64,000 nucleotides of DNA, from NCBI GenBank assembly GCA_964490525.1, contig CAZBDL010000001.1, forward strand, positions 25,474-89,473. The letters are read 5' to 3'. This document shows, one piece after another, positions 25,913 to 33,501 of this stretch. This DNA is from an uncultured Victivallales bacterium (GTDB lineage: Bacteria > Verrucomicrobiota > Lentisphaeria > Victivallales > CAZBDL01). The notes under the pieces were generated by a model. That model did not search any database. It was not told the origin of the DNA and saw nothing but the letters and a program-made list of their open reading frames with translations. Position numbers and translations under genes: made by a program. Within the stretch, counting starts at the first letter, position 1. Each line of letters opens with the position of its first letter.

Positions 25913-26854
25913 ATGACTTCGGCCGAATACGAGCGGGCCATGGCGGAGGCGCAGGGCGACGCGGACACGATGCTCGGCGCGGCGTCCATGCGGATCCGGT
26001 CCCTGGAGCGGGAGCTTGCCGCAGGCCGGCCCCTGACGGAGGACCTGCGCGGGAAGTTCCGCCACCTGGCCATTGCGATGTCCCCGGAGAACCTCTCGCG
26101 GGACGGCGAGCTGTCCCCGGCGAGGGCCCGGGCGGCGCATGCCAGGCTGTCGCGCGAGTGGGGGGAGCTGGAGGCCCTGGCGGGCCGCAAGGTGACCCAG
26201 GACGAGATACTGGACGATTCGCCCATCGCCGAATGGGCCGGGCCGGTGGCCGCCCGGATCGCGGACTTCGCCGCCGACCTGGACCACGAGGACCGGGACA
26301 TGCTGCGGCGGGCCCTTGTCCGGGCGTTCCGCAGCGACCCGGAGGCATTGCGCCCCCTGATCGGCACAGGCGTCATTGAGGAGTCGTACTTCGATGGCCC
26401 GAAGGAAGGCGTGATCCGGCGCCAGGCGCAGGCGTGCGCAGGGGAGGGGATCTCCCCCGAGGCCGCGCCAGGACATACCCCCGCCCCCTGGTTCATCCAG
26501 GTGACGCGGGCCGGCGAGGACACGTTCCACCACCACGTCATGGCCCATGCGGCCGACGACGGCCGGCACGTCGAGGTCTGCCGCGTGTTCCCCATCAGCG
26601 ACGATGGCCAGCCGGGGGCGGAGTCCGCCCGCAACGCAACCCTGATCGCATGTGCCCCGGGACTCCTGGAGGCGTTGCGGAAGGCGGTCTCGGCAGAGGT
26701 GGTTAGGCTGGAAGGCGCCAACCTGAGCACGGAGCGCAGCCCCTGGGTGCGAATCGCCCGCAGCGCCATTGCCGAGGCCAGCGGGGAATCGGGGCCCTGG
26801 CGGCAGCCGCGGATCGCCAGGGACGACGAGCCCGAGGCGACGATGAGGCCGTAG
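25913..26854 (+). CDS. Hypothetical protein (313 aa) carrying an HTPxPW...LIAxAPxLLxxL module
   Basis: Complete ORF with SD AGGAGGA. Its C-terminal module is paralogous to 27267..27713. Confidence 0.55.
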   Translation: MTSAEYERAMAEAQGDADTMLGAASMRIRSLERELAAGRPLTEDLRGKFRHLAIAMSPENLSRDGELSPARARAAHARLSREWGELEALAGRKVTQDEILDDSPIAEWAGPVAARIADFAADLDHEDRDMLRRALVRAFRSDPEALRPLIGTGVIEESYFDGPKEGVIRRQAQACAGEGISPEAAPGHTPAPWFIQVTRAGEDTFHHHVMAHAADDGRHVEVCRVFPISDDGQPGAESARNATLIACAPGLLEALRKAVSAEVVRLEGANLSTERSPWVRIARSAIAEASGESGPWRQPRIARDDEPEATMRP

Positions 26855-26875
26855 CGCCGGAGCGGAGACCAGGCC

Positions 26876-27175
26876 ATGCGCTACCGATTGAACGACGGAA
26901 GAATCGTGCCGGCGGCCAAGGATTGCGACTGCTGCACGCACGCCGGCCCGCATTGGATCCACATGGACGATGCCTGGCGGGCACGGAACCGGCAACTCCT
27001 CCAATCCGGCACCAGCCTCGGAATCATGGGGCACGCCCAGGAAGAGCAGGCCCGCCTTCGGGCCAAGCTGTACGAGATGACGAGCCGGGGGATTGCCGAG
27101 ATCATCCGCGACGAGCCTCGGCAGGAGCGGCAGGTGGTGGGGGAAGAGGAATCCGACGAAGGCATGAAGGTGTAG
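26876..27175 (+). CDS. Hypothetical protein (99 aa)
   Basis: Complete ORF. Contains Cys/His-rich CDCCTHAGPHWIH. Confidence 0.45.
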   Translation: MRYRLNDGRIVPAAKDCDCCTHAGPHWIHMDDAWRARNRQLLQSGTSLGIMGHAQEEQARLRAKLYEMTSRGIAEIIRDEPRQERQVVGEEESDEGMKV

Positions 27176-27266
27176 ATTACCGGACGCGAAAGGATGGTCC
27201 CATTCCCGCCTCCGAGGAGCCGTCCATCACCCCCTGAATCCTCCCGCAACCAACCGGAGCCCGCCC

Positions 27267-27713
27267 ATGAGCAGCAACAAGCCCCTTCCCCACACCCCTG
27301 GCCCGTGGGTCGCCCCCAGTGCCGGCATCTGGACCAAGGACGGCGAGTGCATGATTGCCGCCATGGGGGGCCGCGATTGCGTGGCCAGCCGACGCAGGTA
27401 CGCCCGGGAGCACATGGGCGACACCGAGGAGCGCAATGCCGCCGAGATGGCCCTCTGCCGGGGCGATGCCCAGCTCATCGCCGCAGCTCCGGACATGCTG
27501 CAGTCCCTGACGAAGATCGTGGAGCAGGCGCAGAAGGCCATCGAGCGCAACCAGGGGCGCACAGCCGATGGCAACCTGGACGCGCTGGGTTCCCTGGCCG
27601 CCGTCAAGGGCCTTGCCCTGGATGCCATCCAGAAAGCCTCCGGGGGGATGGTCGGCCAGGGCCTGGCGAACGACCACGGGCATTGCGAGGACGAGCCATC
27701 CATCGCTCCGTGA
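27267..27713 (+). CDS. Hypothetical protein (148 aa), HTPGPW...LIAAAPDMLQSL module, tail EPSIAP
   Basis: Complete ORF; last gene of this plus-strand block. Confidence 0.5.
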   Translation: MSSNKPLPHTPGPWVAPSAGIWTKDGECMIAAMGGRDCVASRRRYAREHMGDTEERNAAEMALCRGDAQLIAAAPDMLQSLTKIVEQAQKAIERNQGRTADGNLDALGSLAAVKGLALDAIQKASGGMVGQGLANDHGHCEDEPSIAP

Positions 27714-27724
27714 GGCACCTCCGG

Positions 27725-28492
27725 CTACCCCCCGCAGATTCCGCAGGCACGGCCCTCGTCCGGGCCGCAGCGGCGCCCCGACTGCCCCTTGCCGAAGTGG
27801 CGGCAGCCTGAGTTGTGACGGATGCCCGAGGAGGTGTTCAGCCAATGCGTACCCGTTCCCACGCCGGCGCTCCCGGAGTCCTTGCCGGGAGGATCCGCCC
27901 CCCGGGATCCAGCCCCCCGGCGGTATTCCCATGGCGGGATACGGTCGGGACGCGACCAGAGCCCCAGGCCGGCGGCACGGGCCTCCGCCTCCGCCCCCGC
28001 CAACGCCTCGTCGTCGGAGTAGGCCAGGTAGTGCCAGGCCAGCCCGGCCTTGACCAGGGAAAGGTTCAGGTTCTCCCCGTCCGGGCAGAGCACCGTGGCC
28101 ACCGTGCGGCCGTACCGGTCCACCGCCTCCGGATGCACCGCCACCACCTTCCCGAAGACCCGGGCCGAGGCATGCTCCTTGGCCACCTGGCCGAAGTCCT
28201 GTCCCTTCTCCGGGCAGTCGATCCCCGCCAGGCGGATGCGCACCTGCACCCCCCCGTCGCGCAGCACCGTCAGGGTGTCCCCGTCGCTCACCCCCACGAC
28301 CTTCCCGGCGAAGGGCTCCATGGCGCGGAGCGCCGGCGCGGCAAGGGCCAGGAGCAGCAACGGCATGGCAAGGACAATGCCCTGCTGGAGGAAGAATTGG
28401 AGGCATCGGCCTGGGGGCTTCAGGCGGGTTCCCTTCAGGGCCTTCAGCCCACCCTCCGGCGGCCTGCCGTGATGCCTGTCCAGATGCCCCAT
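27725..28492 (-). CDS. Secreted staphylococcal-nuclease (SNase/thermonuclease)-like endonuclease
   Basis: GKVVGVSDGDTLTVL...VRIRLAGIDCPEKGQDFG...DRYGRTVA...LVKAGLAW is the SNase fold signature. It has a hydrophobic signal-like segment, LAMPLLLLALAAPALRA. ATG at 28492 has a GGAGGAGGAGG 6 nt upstream. Confidence 0.8.
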   Translation of the reverse strand: MGHLDRHHGRPPEGGLKALKGTRLKPPGRCLQFFLQQGIVLAMPLLLLALAAPALRAMEPFAGKVVGVSDGDTLTVLRDGGVQVRIRLAGIDCPEKGQDFGQVAKEHASARVFGKVVAVHPEAVDRYGRTVATVLCPDGENLNLSLVKAGLAWHYLAYSDDEALAGAEAEARAAGLGLWSRPDRIPPWEYRRGAGSRGADPPGKDSGSAGVGTGTHWLNTSSGIRHNSGCRHFGKGQSGRRCGPDEGRACGICGG

Positions 28493-28533
28493 GTCAACCT
28501 CCTCCTCCATGCGATGAACCTCCCCGTCCTGCA

Positions 28534-29301
28534 TCATGCCTCGATGACCGCGTATGCCGTGGATGACCCCCCGATGCTCCCCGGGTTGACGCACCGGCAG
28601 CCCTCCACCGTCGCCCCCGCATGCCGCAGGTGCGTGTGCCCATGCACCGCCCAGTCGAAGCGGGCCTCCGAGAGCAGTCCGGCGCATCCAGAGAAGGCGC
28701 TGAACGGGCCCGGCGGAAGCCGGTTCAGGTCCCGGTGCGGCAGCGTGTGCGTCAGCAGGATCGTGGCCCGCATCCCCGGCCGCAGATGCTCATGGATCGC
28801 GTCCACGCAACGGGCATGCTCCACCGCCGGGTCGAACCCCCGGATCGCATGGTCCGGCCAGCTCCCGCCGGCGAAGTCCAGCAGCCGTTGCCCCGGCACC
28901 GCCGCCAGGCTCCCGTCGTACCAGAGCGCGTTGCCCACCAGCAGCAGCCCGGGAACCGGCTCATGGCTCCCTACCACGTCCAGGCAATGCACATCCCAGC
29001 GCCCCGGGTCGTACAGCCGCCGGTGCTCCGCCACCGTCTCCGCTACGCTCCGCCCGAAGCACTCGTGGTTGCCCAGGACGAAGACCACCGGAACCCCCGG
29101 GAACCACTCCGCGAGGATCTCGTGCGGGTTGCGCCACGGCAGGGGCTCGGCGTCGAGCAACGGGCTCTCGAAGATGTCACCGGCCAGCAGCACCAGGCCC
29201 ACCCGTCCGGCCCGCCGGCGCACCCCCGCGAGACGGTGGGACAGGAGCCTAGGCTCCCCCGCCGGGTGGCTGTGCAGGTCGGCCAGGCAAAGGATGCGCA
29301 C
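28534..29301 (-). CDS. Calcineurin-like metallophosphoesterase
   Basis: ILCLADLH, LAGDIF, VLGNHE and GHTH motifs. GTG start at 29301 with GGGAGGG upstream. Confidence 0.75.
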   Translation of the reverse strand: MRILCLADLHSHPAGEPRLLSHRLAGVRRRAGRVGLVLLAGDIFESPLLDAEPLPWRNPHEILAEWFPGVPVVFVLGNHECFGRSVAETVAEHRRLYDPGRWDVHCLDVVGSHEPVPGLLLVGNALWYDGSLAAVPGQRLLDFAGGSWPDHAIRGFDPAVEHARCVDAIHEHLRPGMRATILLTHTLPHRDLNRLPPGPFSAFSGCAGLLSEARFDWAVHGHTHLRHAGATVEGCRCVNPGSIGGSSTAYAVIEA

Positions 29302-29316
29302 CGGGGCTCCCTCCCG

Positions 29317-29571
29317 TCACTTCTCCGGGTGCTCCTGGAGCCAGCGGCGCAGGCGCAGCGGATGGACATCCAGCCCCGCCTTCTTCAGCCCTTTCAGGAC
29401 GTACTGCTCGCCGCTTTCCGCAAGCGCCTTGCGGATCCATTCCGCGCCCTCGTTCAGGCACCGCTCCGTCCGTGCCTCCAGGGTATCCGGATCGCTCGTC
29501 GGCAGGGCCCCCAACCGGGCACCGAAACGCTTCGGGTTCGGGAGCTTCACCGCCTTCTTCCGCTTCGTCAT
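29317..29571 (-). CDS. Hypothetical basic small protein (84 aa)
   Basis: ATG at 29571 with GGAGG upstream, in frame with track ORF 29317..29691. First gene after the minus-strand promoter. Confidence 0.5.
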   Translation of the reverse strand: MTKRKKAVKLPNPKRFGARLGALPTSDPDTLEARTERCLNEGAEWIRKALAESGEQYVLKGLKKAGLDVHPLRLRRWLQEHPEK

Positions 29572-29649
29572 CGCCGGGCCTCCTTCGGATAACCATGGCG
29601 GCCGCGCCGCGACCCTCGCAGCGCCCCTGAGCCGTCCATGGACGGCAGG

Positions 29650-29678
29650 AAGATACCGTCCCGTGGTCGGCGTGTCAA
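29650..29678 (-). promoter_or_regulatory. Promoter of the minus-strand nuclease operon (TTGACA-N17-TATCTT)
   Basis: On the minus strand, TTGACA lies at 29678-29673 and TATCTT at 29655-29650. Confidence 0.55.
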
Positions 29679-29801
29679 GAGGACCCCACATCTACATGGA
29701 TGTTGACCCCGGGTTTGGCATACCATGGCTACATCGGGCCTCCAACCACACGCAGACTTGCATACAACTCTACCAATCGTATATCTAACAGGATTATGAT
29801 C

Positions 29802-29835
29802 TGTAGGCACGGGAAATGTATGCAGCAACGCTTGA
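29802..29835 (+). other. Protospacer-like self-match to CRISPR spacer 17 (23344-23377)
   Basis: 30 of 34 positions are identical, with an uninterrupted 27-nt run (29807-29833). Mismatches fall at spacer positions 4, 5, 33 and 34. The 5' flank at 29799-29801 is ATC. The match is in the same orientation as the crRNA sense strand. Confidence 0.9.
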
Positions 29836-29860
29836 CATACACGATTCATATGCCATATTT
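29832..29860 (+). promoter_or_regulatory. Promoter of the RHH-relaxase operon (TTGACA-N17-ATATTT)
   Basis: TTGACA at 29832-29837 and ATATTT at 29855-29860. Same architecture and same -10 hexamer as the cas promoter. Confidence 0.6.
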
Positions 29861-29895
29861 GTAGCAAAGTACACAACAGCAGCAGGAGAATGACC

Positions 29896-30123
29896 ATGGC
29901 AGGCAAGCCCGAGGCATCGGTATCCGTCCGTGTTGACGCGATCGTGTACGCTGAAATGAGGGGAATCGCCGCAGAGGAAGGAATCTCAATCACGGATCTG
30001 GTTTCCGCGTGCTTCAAGGCATATGTTCGGGAACGCATGGCCGCAAATGCCGGCGTTGTCCGGATCGAAGAACGCCTGGTCGCCATCGAGCAAAAGCTCA
30101 ACCTCTTCCTTGAGGTCGAATGA
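29896..30123 (+). CDS. Ribbon-helix-helix (CopG/MobC-like) relaxase accessory protein
   Basis: VSVRVDAIVYAEMRGIAAEEGISITDLVSACFKAYV fits a beta-alpha-alpha RHH. ATGA overlap with the relaxase gene. ATG at 29896 has AGGAGA 7 nt upstream (alternative start 29890). Confidence 0.6.
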   Translation: MAGKPEASVSVRVDAIVYAEMRGIAAEEGISITDLVSACFKAYVRERMAANAGVVRIEERLVAIEQKLNLFLEVE

Positions 30124-31166
30124 TGCCGAACGTGATCATCAAGATCACCAGCAGAATCCCCCCGCAGAAGATCGGGGAGGCGCTGGGCTACGCCGACGAG
30201 ATGCACAAGGAGAAGATCCATGAGGAAGTCAAGGTTGGCCTGGGCGGATACCTGTCGCTCTGCTGCCATGGCTCGCCCTTGGCGACGCTGGTGAAGCGCT
30301 CGGCCGGAACCAAGAGCATCCGCATGGTCTTTTCGTTCTCGGAAGAGTATGTCAATCGACTTGAGGACAGGATGATGCATGTCAACCGTGTCCTGGAGCA
30401 TGTCGTCCATGGCACAATGGCCGAGTTCAGCAAGCACCTCTTCGGAGCAACGCATGAGATCGGCTACGCCTTCGGGCGCCACGACGGCACGGACAACAAG
30501 CACTTCCACCTAGTCGTCTGCCCCAGGTCATGGTCGAACAGGTCGGTGTTCGTTGTGGGCGACATCAATATCCCAGGAGAGAAAGTACCTGCCAAGGGGA
30601 TGACGCCACGGTGGAAGATTATGACTGGCGCCGCCAACCGCATCTCCGATGAGATCGTCTCGGCGGAGCCCGGGACCAAGGCCGGCTTCCTGTCGATGGA
30701 GATGCTGATCGAACGGCTCTTGCAGCTCGTCAACACCGGAGCCATTGAGCATGCAGAGGTTCAGGATCTGATCCATGCCCTGCAGCTTGAGATCAGGAAT
30801 GAACGCCTCGGGATCAAGAGGCCGATCAAGGTGGTTCGGCTCCAGCGCAAGGTCGGGAAGTTCCTGGCGGAGCGGGGCCTCCTGGTCCGCAGCAAGCCTC
30901 GTCGGAAACCTGCGGTGAACTCATGGAGAGATGTCGGCAACCCCTTCTATATCGACGACGTCAACCCGATGGCGGCCGTATCCTCGGGAAACTCTGGAGG
31001 GGGTCAAGGCATTGCCTGGCCGGGACTGAAGCGGCCGGCGCAGGAGATCGGGCAACAGCAGGTCGCCAGGCCCGCCCCGGCGCAACGGGTCGAGCCGCCG
31101 GCGCGAACCATCGCCCCGCCGGCCATCGACCATGGACACCACGAGGACGGCGGCATGAGGCCGTAG
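30120..31166 (+). CDS. Conjugative relaxase / mobilisation nuclease (MobA/VirD2 family)
   Basis: The N-terminal VIIKITSRI...ALGYADE layout and the histidine triad HDGTDNKHFHLVV (HxDx..HxH) are typical of MOBP/MOBQ relaxases. Confidence 0.75.
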   Translation: MMPNVIIKITSRIPPQKIGEALGYADEMHKEKIHEEVKVGLGGYLSLCCHGSPLATLVKRSAGTKSIRMVFSFSEEYVNRLEDRMMHVNRVLEHVVHGTMAEFSKHLFGATHEIGYAFGRHDGTDNKHFHLVVCPRSWSNRSVFVVGDINIPGEKVPAKGMTPRWKIMTGAANRISDEIVSAEPGTKAGFLSMEMLIERLLQLVNTGAIEHAEVQDLIHALQLEIRNERLGIKRPIKVVRLQRKVGKFLAERGLLVRSKPRRKPAVNSWRDVGNPFYIDDVNPMAAVSSGNSGGGQGIAWPGLKRPAQEIGQQQVARPAPAQRVEPPARTIAPPAIDHGHHEDGGMRP

Positions 31167-31179
31167 GGAGGGACGGGGC

Positions 31180-31800
31180 ATGGAGCATTGGGCACGATGC
31201 GACGGGATCGGGTATCTCTGGGGCAACCCAACCCGACGCTGGAACAGCGCGAACATCGCCATGGGGTTCGGGCATGACCTGCCCATCCGGGCGATCATCG
31301 GGCAATCGGCCGTCGTCGCCTACGGCAACATGCTCGTTCCCGGGTCATGCTGGCATGTCCAGGGCGACATCTACTTCAGGAAGGTTCCGGCATCCATCCG
31401 GGACCGCATATCCCTGAGCGCCGGGATACTGGTCTCCGGCATGAAGCGCGTCGAGTTTCCCCCGCCTGACCGGGACGATCCCATGCTGCGGCTCAACATC
31501 ACGGCCCAGGGAGAGGCGAGGGAAGCCGATGGCGGGGAATTCATGCTGCTTGTCGCCAGCGTCGTCCTCAAGTTCCAGAACCGGTTCTTCCTGCGCGTGA
31601 CGGCCGGCAACGATCCGGCTCTCCCGCCCGGAACACCGGCGATGGCATCGGGAAGGCTGGCCCTTCCCTTGATCAACGGCATTGTCCAGCCAACCGTCGA
31701 GAACGCATGGTGGGCTGTCCCGCAGATACGACAAACGGAAGGGCAAAACACAGAGGAGGACGGGCATGGATGCCAGGGCCCTGTTCAAGCAATGGCTTGA
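31180..31800 (+). CDS. Hypothetical protein (206 aa)
   Basis: Complete ORF with SD GGGAGGGA. Strongly GC3-biased. Overlaps the next gene by 35 nt. Confidence 0.5.
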   Translation: MEHWARCDGIGYLWGNPTRRWNSANIAMGFGHDLPIRAIIGQSAVVAYGNMLVPGSCWHVQGDIYFRKVPASIRDRISLSAGILVSGMKRVEFPPPDRDDPMLRLNITAQGEAREADGGEFMLLVASVVLKFQNRFFLRVTAGNDPALPPGTPAMASGRLALPLINGIVQPTVENAWWAVPQIRQTEGQNTEEDGHGCQGPVQAMA

Positions 31801-32602
31801 CCGCAACCGTGAGAAGGCAACCGGAGCCATCAAGGTGTTCGGCGACGAAGGGGTTTTTCTCGATGTGATCCACCAGCGGTTGACCGGCACGATGCCCGGG
31901 AACGTGGCGCTGCAAATCCTGGAGCAGCCACCCAGCGCCGACAACGACAAGAGGATACTGGACTACATCAACCACGCCATCCAGACGGAGAAGTCCCGGC
32001 GGCCGGTGCCGCCGGCGGAAGCCGAGGACTATGAAGACGACGGGGCGGTTCCCCTCCCTGGCGAGGTCAGGGAAAGGACGCCGCACTATGTCGACCCCAG
32101 GGTCCTCTCCCGCCGCCCGGCCGGCGAGCCCCCTCCCGAAGAGGAGGAGGAGATGGTGAACGAATGGGCCGGCGGCGGCGAGCTGCCGCTTGACGATGGC
32201 CCGGGGCACCGGCTCACGCGCGGCGCACGGGCGCCGGAGACGAGCGTCAGCGCCTTCCTGGATGAACTTTACAAGGCGGATGACCGTCCCTTGACCAGCC
32301 AGGGAGGCCTATTCCTGCCCATCGCCAGCCAGCCGATCATGGTCCACACCAATGGCGGACGCAACCGGTTCGTGTTCCGACGCAAGGACATCGTTGCCGC
32401 GTTTTGCGTGACCAAGCAACCAGGGGAAAAGCCCCCGACCGACGAGGTGGAAGGGTCTGGCATGGTGCTGACTGGCGGTGTGCGATTGGTGTCGCCCGGC
32501 CCCGAACTGTTCGACTTCGTGGCCGAGGCGCTGGAGGCGCGTAAGGTTCTTTGGCCAATCGTCGACGACGACGAGGAGGAGGGGGAGGGAACCAAGAAAT
32601 GA
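31766..32602 (+). CDS. Hypothetical acidic protein (278 aa)
   Basis: ATG at 31766 with GAGGAGGA upstream, in frame with track ORF 31682..32602. Confidence 0.5.
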   Translation: MDARALFKQWLDRNREKATGAIKVFGDEGVFLDVIHQRLTGTMPGNVALQILEQPPSADNDKRILDYINHAIQTEKSRRPVPPAEAEDYEDDGAVPLPGEVRERTPHYVDPRVLSRRPAGEPPPEEEEEMVNEWAGGGELPLDDGPGHRLTRGARAPETSVSAFLDELYKADDRPLTSQGGLFLPIASQPIMVHTNGGRNRFVFRRKDIVAAFCVTKQPGEKPPTDEVEGSGMVLTGGVRLVSPGPELFDFVAEALEARKVLWPIVDDDEEEGEGTKK

Positions 32603-33489
32603 ACAAGGTCATCGAATGCCTCTACGGCATGAGCAATGGCAATGCCGACAGGATGCGCATCCTCCAGGACGCCTGGGCCAGGCTTGAGCCGTTCGCCGAC
32701 CCCGCCCGCCTGCGGGACATCCTGCGCCAGTTCGGAGGCGGCGCCGTGGACGAGGCCGGATGCCGCGAGGCCGAGGCCGCCCTGGCCAGGCCGACGGCGG
32801 TTGCGCATCAGGCCATGGTCCTGTGCGCCTGCCTTGCGCTGGCGCACATGCACCGGAACTCGCAGGCCGGACTGTCGGCTGCCGACGCCGTGCTGGTCGC
32901 CTCGGATCCGGGGCCGACATTCTCGCGCATCCCGACCGGGCGCCTGGGCGAGGCCGTCAACTACCTGGCGCTGGTCGGCGGACAGGAGCCCGAGGAGGAG
33001 GACGAGGGCGACTGGAAGAGCGACCTGCTCCTGAAGATCAGCAGCATGACCGCCATCGTGCAGCGCATTCCCGGCACCCTGGAACGGCTCCAGGCGGGGA
33101 TCCGCGAGGCGCTGGGCATGCCGACCGAGGACGGGAAGGGGCAGGAAGGCGTCCTGCCGGCCAAGGGCCCCGCCGCCGAGGACATTGCCCGGGAGGTCGC
33201 CAAGGAGGTCGCCAAGGCCGTCGCCCCGCTGGGCAAGCCCGACCTGGAGCCCGTCATGGAGTCCCTTGCCGGCCTCAAGGATTCGGTGGAGCGCCTGGCC
33301 AACCAAGCGGCGAAGCCCTGCTACCTACCCATGACCGCCACCGACACGGCGATGCTGGCGACGGCCATGGTCGCGGCCGCCGCCCTCGCCTGCGGGGCCA
33401 CCGGCGGGAACTTCTACGGACTCGCCGTACCGCTGATCCCGCTGGCCCTCCTGGGCTACCTTTGGGCGGCAAAGCGGTGGCGACGGTAG
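32599..33489 (+). CDS. Hypothetical protein with a C-terminal membrane anchor (296 aa)
   Basis: ATG at 32599 (ATGA overlap). The C-terminus has hydrophobic segments MLATAMVAAAALACG and LAVPLIPLALLGYLW. Confidence 0.5.
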   Translation: MNKVIECLYGMSNGNADRMRILQDAWARLEPFADPARLRDILRQFGGGAVDEAGCREAEAALARPTAVAHQAMVLCACLALAHMHRNSQAGLSAADAVLVASDPGPTFSRIPTGRLGEAVNYLALVGGQEPEEEDEGDWKSDLLLKISSMTAIVQRIPGTLERLQAGIREALGMPTEDGKGQEGVLPAKGPAAEDIAREVAKEVAKAVAPLGKPDLEPVMESLAGLKDSVERLANQAAKPCYLPMTATDTAMLATAMVAAAALACGATGGNFYGLAVPLIPLALLGYLWAAKRWRR

Positions 33490-33501
33490 ACGGAGACGCC
33501 C

